Source: Proteromonas lacertae (taxonomy: Eukaryota). Taken from it: a DNA stretch of 64,000 nucleotides. The stretch is from assembly GCA_002245135.1 (NCBI GenBank), contig NGBS01000906.1:1-64000 (forward strand). Direction: 5' to 3'. The notes under the pieces are model-generated. The model was not told where the DNA came from. It saw only the letters and a list, made by a program, of their open reading frames with translations, and ran no database searches. Every line of letters starts with the position of its first letter. Positions within the stretch are counted from its first letter, which is position 1. Both the position numbers and the translations under genes were made by a program. Positions 26,162 to 41,900 of the stretch are shown one piece after another.

Positions 26162-26833
26162 TTATATTATTTTCCTAGTTGTGGTAGCTTTGCCTCTAGC
26201 TTCGTTCATCGCTTCTGTTATGATTGATTTTATTAGTTGAATATCTTTCTTTAATTGAGCAACTGTAGCTTTATAATCTTCTACTCGTTTCTATTCATTA
26301 TTATATATTTATATATAGTTATACAGACTGTACAATCCATTCTTCATATTCTTTCTGTTTTAGTTTTGTCATTTGAGCAACTTTATCACTCAAATCTGTC
26401 AATCTTTAAAATATAATAGTTATATTTAAAAATATACTGTTCCTGTTGTGGTTTAACTTGAGAATGTACAGATTCCAGTATATATTGCATTTCACTATAA
26501 CTTTTTTCTAATCTTTTTCTTTCAGATTTCTCTCTTTGATATTGGAGTTTCATTACATTTAATGATTCTCTTTCTTCTTCTACAGTCATTATCATCAAGT
26601 CTTTTTCTCTTTTTGATTCTTTTATTGTCTTTTTCAGCCTTTTTTCTTCCTAAATAGGATTAATAGAATATTTTCAATACTGTCTGTAATTCCTTTTGTT
26701 CAGTTTTTAGTTTTGAGAGATATAAGTAATGCATGTCTATTTCTTTCTGAAGCTGACTATTTTGGAGTTTCATATCATCAAACTGATTCTTTACATTCTG
26801 TAATCTTTTCACAAAATCATCCAGTTCATTCAT
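26162..26833 (-). CDS. Small multi-exon coiled-coil protein
   Basis: ATG at 26833 (MNELDDFVKRLQNVK...), heptad-rich exons including ORF 26386-26598, stop at 26162. Confidence 0.55.
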
Positions 26834-26889
26834 AAGGCGGTTTTAAAATTCAAAAATCAAATTTCGGCTTGTGGTTTGAAAAAATAGAA

Positions 26890-28780
26890 ATGAGTTTTAT
26901 GGATGATGCGGACCTTTTTGATGAATGTAAAAGTATGTATAAGAAATATGAAGATAAGCAAAGTCGATTGAGAAAAAAATATGGTATTGAATCTCCCATT
27001 TCAACAATACCTCAAAACATTCAAGTAGTTAGTCCTATTCCAACATCTCCAATCCGTTCACCAGCTAATGAAGTCACTAAATCAGGCATTTTAAGTCCAT
27101 TTAGTGATGAAAAGTCTTCAACAACATCTGACTCTATCTTAGGTCCATCGTTCTCTTCAACTCCAATAAAATACCATTCAAGCCCACATGAAGGCAATCC
27201 TGAGTTTCCAGCGGTATGTGGTTTATTTTCTACAAGTATCACTGGAAGAAGTAAAATCAGAAAGATTTCTGTATTAACCAATCAATCCAATGTATTTGAA
27301 GAAAACCAATCAAAAGAAGAAGAGAATCAATTAGAAAAATCATTAAATCAAATCAATAATTCAATAGAATCAATGAGTGTTTCATTTCAAATAACTCACT
27401 CTCCAATTCATCATAATAATTTGAATGAAAATGAAAATGTGAATAATAGCAATTCTTTAGAAAGATCTCGAAGTTTTCGTATATATATTATTTAATATTT
27501 TTTTATATTTATTAATTTAATGAATAGATCACAAACGAGAATCAATCACTTCTTATTCTTCCAGAGATTCAAACAATTCCTTTTCCAATAATATAAATTT
27601 AATAAAATCCCTAGAGAATAATAATCATGTTGATGATTCAAATAAAGAAAATGAAAATAATAAAAGTAATCAAATCCATATAAACAATAATAACTCTTTC
27701 AATAATGAAAATAATAAAGAAAAAGAAGTTATTGATATTAATAATAATTCATCCAAACTCTATTCAGATTCTTCATTTCATTCAACTCCAAATGCATCAA
27801 TTAATAAAGATGACGATACTACTACTCGAATGCATGATATTCTTACTCCATTACCATCAAGAAATGTGATATATAATATCAATAATACTGACGATATATA
27901 TAATAATAGTTATGACATTCTAGCAACTCCAATATCAACAGAAAAAAGAGAAATAATCTACTTAAAACCAACTCCAATGAAAACTGGTGGTTCACCTCAA
28001 AAATTCTCTGATGATCCAGATGAAAATATCGAAATAACAGCTAGAAATCGAGAAAAATATGCTCAAAAAGCCTATGAAGAGTTTGATAAAAACATATTTC
28101 ACTTTAAATGTAAAATTCCAATTTACTATTCTAATACACTGAAAACAACAGCTGGAAATTGTTCTTGTTGTAGTATTGATGAACATTATCGAGAAGAAAG
28201 AAGAACAGAAGAAGAAGAAGAAAATATAGTTTTAAACAAGTATAATGACAGATACTGTATTGTAAGATTATCAATAAAAATAATTGATAATTATGAAAGA
28301 TTAAAATCAACTTTATTACATGAATTATGTCATGCTGCTGCTTGGCTAAACTATGGATATAGAAGAGGACATAAAGGAGCATTTTCTTATTATAGAAACA
28401 TATGCAATAAGTTTTATAATAAAAAGATAGTTACAACTTATCATGATTATAAAATATTTTATAAATATCAATATGAATGTGTGGATTGTCATACAAAATT
28501 TGGAAGACATTCAAAATCAATAAATATTGAATTTACTGTATAATATATATATATATATATCTCACAATAGAGATGTGGAAGATGTGGTGGTAGAATAAAA
28601 GAACTTGGTGAATTTAAGAAAGATGGAACTCCAATGATAAAACAAAATTTAAGTGGTTATAGTTTATTTGTAAAAGAGAATTATCATATAATCAAAGAAA
28701 AGAATAATGATCTAAATCAAAGTGAAATAATGAAAATACTTTCTGAAGAATGGAAGAATCATAAAATTGAAAATAAATAA
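26890..28780 (+). CDS. GCNA: GCNA/ACRC-like protein: disordered N-terminus + SprT metalloprotease + zinc finger + HMG box
   Basis: LKTTAG; STLLHELCHAA (HExxH); YECVDC...GRHSKS...RCGRCGG; C-terminal LSGYSLFVKENY...SEIMKILSEEWK. Confidence 0.85.
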
Positions 28781-28905
28781 TCAATAACATCTTTTTATGT
28801 AAAAATATACTCGTTTCATTTCAGTTATTCTTTTCATTCAATAACAAAACACATTAAATACATTAATTTTATAAAATATACAACAATTATATAGAAATTA
28901 GATAT

Positions 28906-29853
28906 TTATTTTTTGGATATTAATAAATCTCTCAAAAAGTCTTTCTTGAAGTCACTTAACAATTTCTCTTTACTATCAGATCCTAATATATTCTTTATAT
29001 CTTTCAACCAACTATAATGGATTAAATTAAGTTTAGATAAATTCAATTTTTCTTCTAACAACGACAAACCAATTCTTTGACTTTCTTGTTCCAATTCAAA
29101 TCCTTTGGCTGAAGCATTCTGTACCATTATTTTCCCTTCATTTAAAGCATTATTCATTATCACATTGGTATTAGCTACAGCTGTAGCATACAATTGTTCA
29201 CTTTCTTTTCTTATTACACTCACTTTGTTTTGATTCTCAGTCACTTTCTTATTTATTTCAGAAACTACTTTGTTAATTATTGAATTTGTTACTTTGGAAG
29301 AAATACTTAACATCCCTAGTTCAAATCCACCCATTTCAGAATAATTCTCATCAAAGAATTTATTTACAACACTTTTCATTTTATTATAAACATAATTCCT
29401 TTCGAAATACTGTTCCATATTATAAGATCTTGCTTCAGCAACTAATAAACTGTTAATTTGAGATTTATAGTAGGAACTATATGTTGTTGAAAACTTCTTA
29501 TATAGATTTACTAGTTCTTTTGCTTTTAATCGGTAATAACATGAATAAAAAAATGAAAACTCATTTCCATCCTATATGAAAATAAGTAATAAAATATATA
29601 CTGATGTTGTAGAAGTCAGAGTATCATTCAAAATTTGATAATTTGATGGGAACACTAGAAAATTAACCATAGGACCAATAAAATAATTTCCAGCTTTATA
29701 AACAGTAGTATAATCAACATGGCCTGTAATTGAGTTTTTCGTTATTCCTATTTCTGTTTGATCAAGCTTTGATAAACCGATCATAACAACGACATAAATT
29801 ATAATATACAAAATTGTTAGAAGAATAAACCCTCTGCAGTATTTTTTATTCAT
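28906..29853 (-). CDS. SPFH/band-7 (prohibitin/stomatin-like) membrane protein
   Basis: N-terminal TM helix, then KLDQTEIGI...VYKAGNYFIGP...FPSNYQ and a coiled-coil tail; one intron near 29572-29600. Confidence 0.7.
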
Positions 29854-29925
29854 TTTTATAAACCGTAACGAATATATTTCTATTTATTATTCCAAAATAC
29901 AAAAACAGTAAATAACAACAAATAT

Positions 29926-32900
29926 TTACACATCTACAGTTTCTAATCTATTATTTGACTTATCTGATCTACTAGAAGCTTCTGCAGATTTATTTATATT
30001 GGATGATTTTGACTTAGATTTATGATTATCAGATTTTAAAGTATCAGATGAATCAGAAAACGTAGAATTCCTCAAAACCAATATTTTCTCATGCAATGTA
30101 GCTCCATCACTTAATCCAACAGTTAATCTATTATTGTTATTATTCTTCAATTCATCTTTACTATTTCTACTGTTACTGTTCGCTTTATTATTATTATTTC
30201 TTTCATTATAATCATCAGCTGCTGGAATAAATTCTTGTTCTATTGGACTACAGATACTTCCAAATCGATTGTTGTGAATGTTTCTTGCTGTTGTATTACT
30301 GGATGAACTATTAAAATACAATTAAATACAAATAAATACAGTTGTATTAATGATAATCTTTGACTTTCATGAGTGGATGGTACTAAATATGAACTTTTCT
30401 TTGATCTTCGCTGTACAGACATTCGTTTGGGTATAAGTGATCGTTGTGATTCATTTCCTGAACAATTTGGTGGAGAAATACTTCTATATATATATATATA
30501 ATAATAATATAAAATATATACGGTCCTTGTTCATATTGTATCTGTTGTTGCATTTGTGTTTGAGTCTTTATCATTTTACCATAATTTGCTCTTAATGTTC
30601 TATTAGTAAAACTACTGATATTATAATTATTATCATTATTATTGTCGTTATTATTGTCGTGATTGTTATTCATATTCTTTGAGGATCTTTGAGAAGATTT
30701 TGATTTTGATTTTCTACCACTAGAGGATTGAGATTCTTTAGCATTCTTTTCATTCAAATAGAACATATACATTTTCTGTGAATTAATTAAACTGGAAATT
30801 AATATATTAATAATAATCAAGCCAATAGCTTGAATAATAGTTCTAATTGTTAGATTATCACTTAAATAGATGGATGATGGTAATATTATTAAAATTCCAA
30901 AGAAAATCAATACAATTGAATAGGTTATTTGCATTGATTCATTAAAATCTCTATCAGCATTTCTCACTCTAAATGAAACATATAAAATAAATAACAATGA
31001 AAAACCATCGATCAACAACTCAATAACTGAACATGCAACATTATAATGACATGTATAGATAATTGTCATTTTACTTATATCCGTTTCTTTTTCATAATAT
31101 TCTGAAGTGATTTTGGGTGGAAATGCAAAATTCCAAATTACTACATAAATAACATAAACAATCATTATGATTAATATCATATATAATAAATCCATTGTTC
31201 TTGCACTGACTCTCTTTATTCCAGTATTATTCAACACTTTATGAACTTTCCAAGTCTTTGTAAATAGTGTAACATACAGTAATTTCACTGAAATAATTAA
31301 GAATAATAATTGATTTCTACACATATTCACACTTTCAGCTTGTTCAACAAAGTATACAGCGGATAATGTAAGTAAAATTGATGATAGACATATCATATAT
31401 ATAAAGAATAAAAATGATTTTCTGATGATTTTAGAATGACGATAATAAGTAGCAAATGTAACAAATACTATATTCAATAATATCGATATTCCACCACATA
31501 TTAAAACAAATACATGAAGTGTTTGTGAATATTGATAAGTTGATTTTGGTGCTCCAAAATATAGATTATCACCATTGTTATAATAATAATAAATATTATC
31601 TGTTTTGTATCTTTCAAGTATTGTTAAAGTAAGGTAATGATTAATCTGAGCAAAATAACTATCTGCTTTTATAATATTCTTATCAGTTACTTCTACTTGT
31701 TCAATTGTAGTTTTCACTTGTGTTGAATATAATATATATCGAATAATATCTTTATCTATGTAATTATAATCATTATTATTGATATTAACATATTTCGGTA
31801 TTTGCTTTATTATTGTATCAATTGTATTAATTGTGGATGAAGTGTGATAGAGTAAATCATCAGGTTGTAATTGGTTATTAGACATCACTTTAATACTCTG
31901 GTTAAATTCATTCATCAATGAGTTAAAAATTGGATAATATGAAAACAACATGTAATGAGTATTTAAATGGTTTTGGAATTGTATAAATATATCGTAATTT
32001 GGATAGATAAATATCATTTTTATTGAAGAGTAATATAATCCAACTAGTTCATATGCATCAAGGAGATTCTTCATGCACTTTTCCTGTGAAATCATTACAA
32101 CAACTATTGATAATTATTATATATATATATATAATATATATACACGCCATTCTCCCACGTATTAAATAATATTCTCTCATTTTCACTGTTAATTCATCGA
32201 TTGCAGAAGGATTTGAACAATCATCAATAACAATATAATCCCTCATTCTGTAGGATGTATGATTCAATAATTCTTGTATAGTAACAGCTGTAAAAATAGA
32301 AATTAAAGAAAATAAATAAAAAAAATATATAAGTAAAAAATGATATATTTCATAATCTTTTGGTGCTAATATTGAATAACCATCTATTGCCAATTCTTCA
32401 AATTTCTTCATTAAAACATTAGCAATAAAACTATCGATCCAAGCAAATGGTATAATATTATATCTTAAGTTTTTATAACTGTAAATTCTACAGACATACA
32501 TCATAATTGTATTATCAAAATCATTTTGGACTTGTAACAAATCATCCATTGGTAATGGAGAAATATAACAGAAATAAGTGTTTTGATTAGATGACAAAAT
32601 ATCTCTTAATTCATCAATATACTTGTATTGTTTAACATATAAATTATAGTATATATCATTACTTTCTTGGTTTATTTTCGTTATTTCGTATTTCAATGTC
32701 ATATACAATCTTATATCAATATCATACTCACTTTCAGCTATAATAAACAACAATTTTATCTCTATTTTATTAAATGTATAAAGATATGTATTATCAACAT
32801 CACCATCATTATTTTCCATTGAGAATGAACAAAATAATTGTGGAGAATGAGTATAAGGATTATAATTCAACGGAACAATGGAATATTTCTCCACAAATTC

Positions 32901-35900
32901 AATTTCAAATGAGTAAGTCAAATGATATTCTTTTGTATAATTGTATTTCACCAACATATAATACTGTTGTACTAGCCTTGAAGGTAATAAACTAACATAA
33001 CCATAAGGACTTAGAATATTTAAATGTTTATTCAATAACTCACTCATTTCATTGTTATTATTAATACTTATAATATTTTGCAATAACAAAATACTCAAAG
33101 TTCCTATATAGATTGTAGAATCAATGATAAAATTATCACCAAATTCATTAACATATTTCATTAAGAAATTATTAGAAATATCTCTAAATTGGTATATAAT
33201 TTGATCAGAATTAGCTTGTAATATACTTCCAAAATAAGTGCCAAATAATCTGAATTTATTCAATAAATGACGTTTATCAAGTGATAAATGCAATAGAGAT
33301 AAGTCAGTTATAATTACTCTTTCATTTGGATCGAATATTGATAAAAATGATTCAGCAAATTCATCAGATATTTTAAATATATTTCCAAATAACAATAAAA
33401 TAGTTCCGTTATAATTCTGAATAAATGATTGGATTGATTGAATTGATGATACTTTTTCCCATTTCAAAACTTAAGGATGTGATATCATTATAATGATAAT
33501 TCAATAATATATCCCTTACAGATTGAACAAACTTAGCATGTTTGGCATTGTATATTATCACAATTTTCTTTGTTTTATCAAATAGATAATTGTTTATATA
33601 ATTTGTGAATGAATAAGGTAAATAATTAACAAAAAACACTTGTCTTTCACACACTTCACCAGCATGAGGGAATAAATAGAAGAAATATTTCATTCGTTAA
33701 ATAAAGTAATGGTAAAAAATACTTTTCTACAATTTCATAATCTGTTAAAACTAAATAAATTTGAATATTCGTTTTGCTAGTAAATATATTGATTAAATCT
33801 TTATAATAATAAGGTTTTGGTACAATAACTCTTCCATTTAATCCACCATTTGTGTTTATTTCAAAACATTCTCTTTGTATTGATATTATATATCCTTTTT
33901 CATAGTCTGATAAATCACTGAATTGATTCTGTATAATCACACCTATTGTTATTACATCTTTTGATGTTAAATAACAATAATTTGATCTTTTCATTTCTAC
34001 AGCATAGTTTAGATAAAGAAATTTATTTTTTTCTTCACTATAACCATTACATAATTTATAATCGAATAAAAATGGTTGACTTATTAATTTCTTATCTGTT
34101 ACAAAGTTTCTAACGTAATTTATTCTATCCAATACATTTGAAGGAGCAACTTTTATTATCCCAAATGGAGAAATTATTTCATTACTATAGAAATCATATG
34201 TTTTAATATCAAAACCAGAAATTGCTAAAGTATTCCTTAAAATATCAACGAATAGTATATTAATAAACTGATATTCAGCAAAATGTAGATTTTCTATATC
34301 TCCAGATAAATAATTAGTAATTAAACTATTAATAACATCATTATTCATTATATTATATTCATTATTAAAGTTGTTAATATAAACAGAATAATCTATTAAA
34401 TTGTAAGTTCCAATAATATAATTATTAATAAATGTTGGACAATTATCTAAATATTGCATTTGTCCTCTTTCTAATAAGTAATAATAAATATTTAAAATAT
34501 AGTCGTTACTCAATTTGCGATAGGAACACATCTCATCAGCAAATGATCCAACGGAATCATAATCTAAAATACATACAATTTCATGTACTATTTCTGTTTC
34601 AATATATCTAGCTATAAATTCATCAACATCATCAAATAGAGAATCTCTTGTCATTGGAATAAACATCAAATTATCCACTGGAAATTTGTTTATTATTTTA
34701 TCAACTAAATAATTGTTTACTTCTGAATATATAACGACTATATTTTTCTTTTCATATCCTTTTACTAAGTAATTTACCAACGGAATTAAGCTTTGAACTT
34801 CATTCACACCAATAATTGTATTCTTTGATATTTCACAATAACCAAACAATCTAAATGCAAAATAAATTATATTCGTTTCATTTATTGCTGGAATAACAAT
34901 TGGATGGTTCATATTTTGATAAACCACCAAAAATTGCAATTATTTGATTGTTATTTTTCTTATTAAACAACTTAATATCATCTACTGCTTCTTCTATATC
35001 TTCTTTAGCATGACATGGGTATGTTTTAATAGATAAACTGTTATAAGAATCTTCATTATCATATAGTGATATATAATGAATAGAGTTTATTAAAGTTAGA
35101 AGAATTGGTCGAGTTAATATATAATCTCTTCTCTTTTGTACAGCTTTTGTATTGTATAAAACGGCTATATATTTTGGAATAGATGGAACTATTTTGAATT
35201 CTGAGTTACAAATCAAGCCGAAATATTCTGGTTGGTTCTTAGAATAAGATTCTGAATATATTTCCATATCATTACTATATTTCTTTAATAACTGATATTC
35301 ACGATTATTATTGATTATCACTAAATACAGTGGATTTAACGTGTAATGATTCTTATTCAATCTCATTGAAATATTTGCGAATTTATATTCCATTTTATTT
35401 AAAGTCTTTCTCTCCAATATTTCATTGTAATTTGTTGAATTATGAGCTTCAACAATAGAATTGTATAACATCAACTGGAAGTATCCTAAGTAACTGTAAT
35501 AATTGGGATTTTCACCATATAAAAGTGGATAAATCTCTTCAAACATATCATATTCATTCTCCATAAAGTTAGGAAAATAAGTTGAAATAGAGCATGCATT
35601 ATACAAATAATATTTTGGATTATTCATATAGGAAAATATACTAAAAGTACAGAAGGAAATTGTCCTATCTAAACCTCGAGTTGATAAGAAGTTAAATATA
35701 TCAACATCTAAATCATTTATTGTATTAATAACCAACATTTTATTTCCTGTAATTTCATCAAAATATGATTTTATTGAGTTTATTGTTGGGTTGTAGATTA
35801 TATCATAATTAATTCCTAAGATATTACACCAATATTTAAATGCTGAAGCATCTAATCCTATTTCACTGTTAGTTATTAATAAGAAATATTGATAATTCAA

Positions 35901-38900
35901 CGCATAATAATAATTCAATAAATTAATCCAATATGCATTAATAGTTGAAACAGTGGAAATGACATATTTATTACATATTCCAGATTCATAATTATAAGTA
36001 AATAATGGCAATTGATATTTAATTAATATTTGATTTATACTTAATACACAACTCCTTGTTAAACATCCAAACAAAGCAATTACTTTATTATTACTACATA
36101 ATGTATTAACTTCATTTAAAAACTCATCAATAAATACTTCGTAATAGATAATATGATAGTTTATAATATGATGTTTCAACTCATATAATGCAGTATAATA
36201 TCCTTTCAATATTTGAGTAGTAAAGTTATAATTTCTTTCTTTTATAACAACGATTATTTTGTGTGTATAGTTATCTGTATTATTGTATTCTTTTGATACA
36301 TTACAAGTTTGGTTTGATAATAATACATGATTAGAATAATAAAAAGGTTCAGGAATAATATAATCAGATGAATTATAGATTAAATTGATTGTATAAATTT
36401 CTTCTTCAATTATTAGTCCATTATCATTATTATTATTATTATCGCCATCTCCATCAATGACTATATTATCACCATCTCCACTATCTATTTCAATATTCAA
36501 TTCTCTATTTCTTCTTCTTCTTCTTCTTTCATTAGTATTATCATCATCAACAATAGTTGAATTATCAATTATCCATACATTCAATTCAAATTGGCCTATT
36601 CTCATTATTCTACTGAAATAATTTGATGATTTTAGTTGGATATTACCTTCAGGAGCATAATAAAATTGATCTATTTCTAATACACTTTGAGTGCGCATTT
36701 TGTGAAAATAATCTAATGCGATTGAAGCAAATTCATAACTATTGGATAATGTTAATAATTTCAAATGTGGAAATTGTACACAATTAGTGTATTGATCATT
36801 ATATTTCAAGCCATAGGTTTGAGTGATGGGTGTAATTATGCAATTATTGTCAATGTAATTAAGAATTGGAGCAACTTCAGTTTGTTGTAAATATAAATCA
36901 AATATTGTGAATGTATTGAATTTATCTTCCTTAACTTTACTGTATAGTCTATTTCTGTCATAAATTAGGTTTAAATTATAGATATCTTCATATACACCCT
37001 CATTATACTCTGTGCTTATTGCTAATATTACTACATTTATATCTTCCATATTTTCTACTAAGAAATTTGTTAATAATTTCAATTTGGACAAATTTGATAA
37101 TATGAATGACTGAACATTAGGAATGAAATGTTCAGTCATTATTGAATCATAAATCCTTGATATAAAAGACCTAATTGGTTTTGCTGATTTATCATATTCA
37201 ATTTCATACACTAAAACAGTTCTTTTGATGTTTTTCAACGCACAATATTCACCTATTACTTGTAATTTCTGATGTAATAATGACCCAAATATGTAAAAGT
37301 TACTATAATAACATTCTTCTTGATCAACATCGTAGAAGTAATAGAATTCAATATCTTTATCTTTAATTGTCTCTGCTATCATTTTTCTACCACTTTTACT
37401 AGGGATAACCTCCAAATATGGCAATTACCTTTTAATTCGATTAATTCTTCCACTGCTTCTTTTAAAGTACTTAAATCATCGGTTGTATCTTTATAAATCA
37501 TGAATAATGCTCTTCATCATCATCCAGTTGTCGATTTAGAAATTCAGCATTAGTAGCAAATATGATTGGCAAATCATTGTATACTGTTTGATATTTTCCA
37601 CTGAAAGGATGCAAAAATCCAATTTTCACTATTTTAATCTCTTTTTTGGTGAATTTACTTGAATCTGTGTCATTTGGTATACAAACATATCTACCATTAT
37701 TTTTAATAGAAGAAAATGCCATCTGTTTAAATGTATATGCATTACTATATAAATTGACATAATCGCCTGTAAATGAATTATATCTCAATATATAAGCAGA
37801 TATAGCTAAATACATATTATCAGTAACAATAGTATCACCTAAAGGGGTCCAATACACATTACCCTCACCAAAAATCAAACTTTTAATTTCTGTAAATTTA
37901 GTCGTTTCATAATTTTCATACCCCTCATATAGTATTTTGAATAAAGAATAACATATTACTCCTGTATCTGATGGAAATGATTTCATTGAAGTAAACGCAT
38001 CTAAATATGACAAAAATAGTATATTTTCAGGTAATTGATTATTTGGATCATAATTTGACATAAAAAACATATTATCTGGAATATTTTCACTTACTAACTG
38101 ATAGGATTTAGTTATAAATAAAGGAGAATAATATACAAACAGGTGATAAGACAAATACTCCGAGTCTTTATCATAATAAGAATAAAAAGCTTGAATGATG
38201 TTTGACAAAAATTCAAAATCTTCTGTTAAAACAACAATTATTCCACCTGAACTCATTGATATTCTTATATCTTGGAATATTTCATACATATTGTAATTAT
38301 TAACATCAAATTGGTAAGAATGAAAATTATAACTGAATATTGTCAATAATTTAGACAAAGAGTCTCTATAATCCATTGAAAATTCAGCATGAATCTAATA
38401 ACATATAAATATTATATCTCTGTTTTTGAGTAAGTGGTGAATTAATGAAAATTTCGGTATATGGTACAGACCCACCACGTATCACATGACTTGAACAAGT
38501 TTCTCCACCTGATTTATATGGATGAATTAGTGGAATATCATATTTATCCAGTAATTTATTATTTTCAAAAAATTCTACACATTTTGAAGTATAACAACCA
38601 AAAATAGTGGAAATATTGTAAGTGGAAAAAATTTCTTCTAAAGATGGTAGGAAAATTGAATAATCTTCCACTGATTCATTGATATACAGTATATGAGGAA
38701 CCTATATATATATATATATATATGTTAAATAATATATATATATACATAAACACTAAATGATTTTTCAGCCATCTCATAAATTGCCGTTTGGATTGAAATA
38801 ATATGCAAATAATCATTAACATTATCTTTATCATATAATATTAAACAATGAAATGTTTTGGTTAACAACAATTTATATTTTGCTCCACATTTATATCTTT

Positions 38901-41900
38901 CTATATCATCTAAATTATCATTTACATTATTGTATGTGATTGTTAATCTATGTGGAGGTTGAATAAATCCATTCTTATTGAAGGTAAATAAATAATAAGC
39001 ATTTATAAACAAATTAGACACTTTAAGTAATTCTAAAATATTGTTATAATAGTGTATTATTGATATTCTATTTATTGGAATTGACTTTAAATTTCTAAAC
39101 AAATAATCACCTTTTGGTGTTTCTATCTTATAAGTATTTAAATCAAATTCACTTTTATAATCTCTCAACAATAACAATCCAATATAACTATTAACAACAT
39201 GATTCTGTAATAAATAAGTACCATTGTAATAAAATACATTTAAATTTGTTAAATTCAATCTTAAACTATATTCTCTCATTGCATAATGTAATTGTCTATT
39301 TGCTTCATTATCTAATGAATTGTAATATGAATTAATGATATAAGAATCATTATAGAGTTGAGTATAATTATTATTAGCGATTAATACACTTTCATCTATT
39401 CTCAATAAGATTAAAGTCATATTATTATCTTTTGATTTTATTAACTTTGTCATTTCATTCAAATCAGTAGAATATAATGTTGAAATGATAAAGGTATTAC
39501 TACATTCATTTATTATTTCAATTATTTCACTAGAACTTGAATCATATTCTCGATGATGTTCTATCAATATTTTTTTAGGTTTATATCTTATATATAACAT
39601 ATTATTCTTTATTAATTCATAGATATTGTGAGTATACTTCCTATTATAACCTACTATACAAAGCTGGAATATTATCTTGTATAAATTGAGCATCATTATT
39701 GTTAATTAGTAAGTGATTAATTCCTGTTAATGTTTGCTCAATACTGTCACCTAATTGGACGAATTTTGAATTACATATTGATTCTGAATACCACCATGTA
39801 TTCATAAATGTAATGTTTGACTTGGTGATATATTCACGAATTATATCAATTACTTCATCTCTAATAAGGAATAAAATAAAATAAAATAAAGAAGAAGAGT
39901 GAAATATATATATATATATACTCAAATGCTCCAATAACATATGATTTATCCAAATACAAGTCAAATACTTCTTTATAACACTCCACTATCAATAACATCA
40001 CAGGTATAACTCTTAATTATTGGCATTTCAGCAAAATCAACATTCAAATATAAGTGTTGAATCACTGAATAAAATGGATCTAAGAATTGAGATGTGTATT
40101 TGGTTTTATCAGGAATAATGATTTTCACATGAACTAATGGAGTTTCTTCAACTATAATAAATAAATATAAATAAAAAGAATATAATAATTTATACTTTTC
40201 CCATTTTTTATATCACATAATGGCATACTCATTGTATCATAATTGTAATTGAAATTATAACTCTTCTGAGCTATCGTACTCATACTGACAATATTCAAAC
40301 TATCATCATCATCATCATCATTGAATGTATAATATGTAGGATAACCAATCACATTCAAATTACTGTCAAAATATAAATAATTTTTATCATTTGTTGAATA
40401 TTTTTCAAAGTATTTTTTATAAACTGATGAAATATACGATCCAGATTGATTTACAGAATAAATAATATTCTGTGAGAATGTATATGCCATTCTAAAATCA
40501 ATATTATTTTCATTGTTAATTTTTTTATTCTTTCTTTCCTCTATGAATTCATCTGGAAGTGGAATGTTGGGATAAATTGAAATGAAGAAATACTTTTTTA
40601 TTTTTATATGAAATGATTCAATTTTATAAGGTGTAGAATGACTAAATGAAAAAAATGAAACCATTTTACTATTACCTTCATTATATTCTTCAAAAAATTG
40701 TTTTGTACAATTAAAACCTTCTGTCCCATGTATTACTACAAATGGATCCGTTTCAGAATTTAAAATATTTAAAATTTCATTTAAAATTGTTACAATTCTC
40801 ATTGGTATGTAACTGTAAGAACTGAAAATGTATAAACTTTGATATTTCTCCATTTGTTATTAAATCTTTCAAATATTCACCATACCTTCCTTGCGAATAT
40901 ACTAAATAAGCTTTATATTTCTGACTACCCAACTGAGGTATAGTTTGGAAATGAAGAGTAAAAGAAAAAATATTGTGAATAAATATTGGAGTTTAAATAT
41001 ACGATATGATCATCACAAGTATTTGATTCAGTTTCTTCTACTAGGAAAATGATAATATTATGTTTATTAACGAAGGGAGTGAGAGTTGTAATGAAATTAC
41101 TATCGATTGCTGCTAAGATAGAAGTAAAATCATATCTTTGTTTCAATTCTTCAACCTAATAATGAATTAGATTTATATATATATATACCTGTTTTAGTAA
41201 TAATTCTGGTGTCTGAGATATACAGATTGGTATAATAATCATTTTAATCATATCAGAATCGTAGTTTAACCTCATTTCTTCCAATACATAATCAATTACT
41301 GAATATTTCTGTATTCTATTGGTATTCTTATAGCACATATAATTATTATAAATAACTAGTAAATAATGAAATGTATATATCCCATTTAACTGACATAATT
41401 CAGGATTATTTAAATCTGTTATAACAGGAGTATATTCTCTGATATCATTATCATCTTTGTAGTTATATTCAGTCAATAACTCAATTTTATTATTTCCATT
41501 CGTATTTCCATCACTTCCAACCATCAGGTAATAATTAGAATAGAAAAAATGGTTTTGATGGTAATAAAGTGTTATTTCTGGTGTAATTATATCAGTTTCA
41601 TATTTTTTATATATAATGGAATATTGAGGAAAATTATAGACTGTTACACAATCTAACCAATGTTTCATCATATAGTAACTAATATACATTGTACCAATAA
41701 TTTCATCAGAATTACCGTAGGCTTGTCTGTAGATTTGAGCAAATTCTGTATTTGTGTAGTTATACAGGTAATTCACTAAAATGTGGTAATTATTGGAGAT
41801 TTTGATATTAGGGTTATCAGTTGTATAAATTGACTCTACTGCATCGATTAATGAGTATATTTCCACTTTAGATATTATATCTGTCTTAGAATTCAACGAT

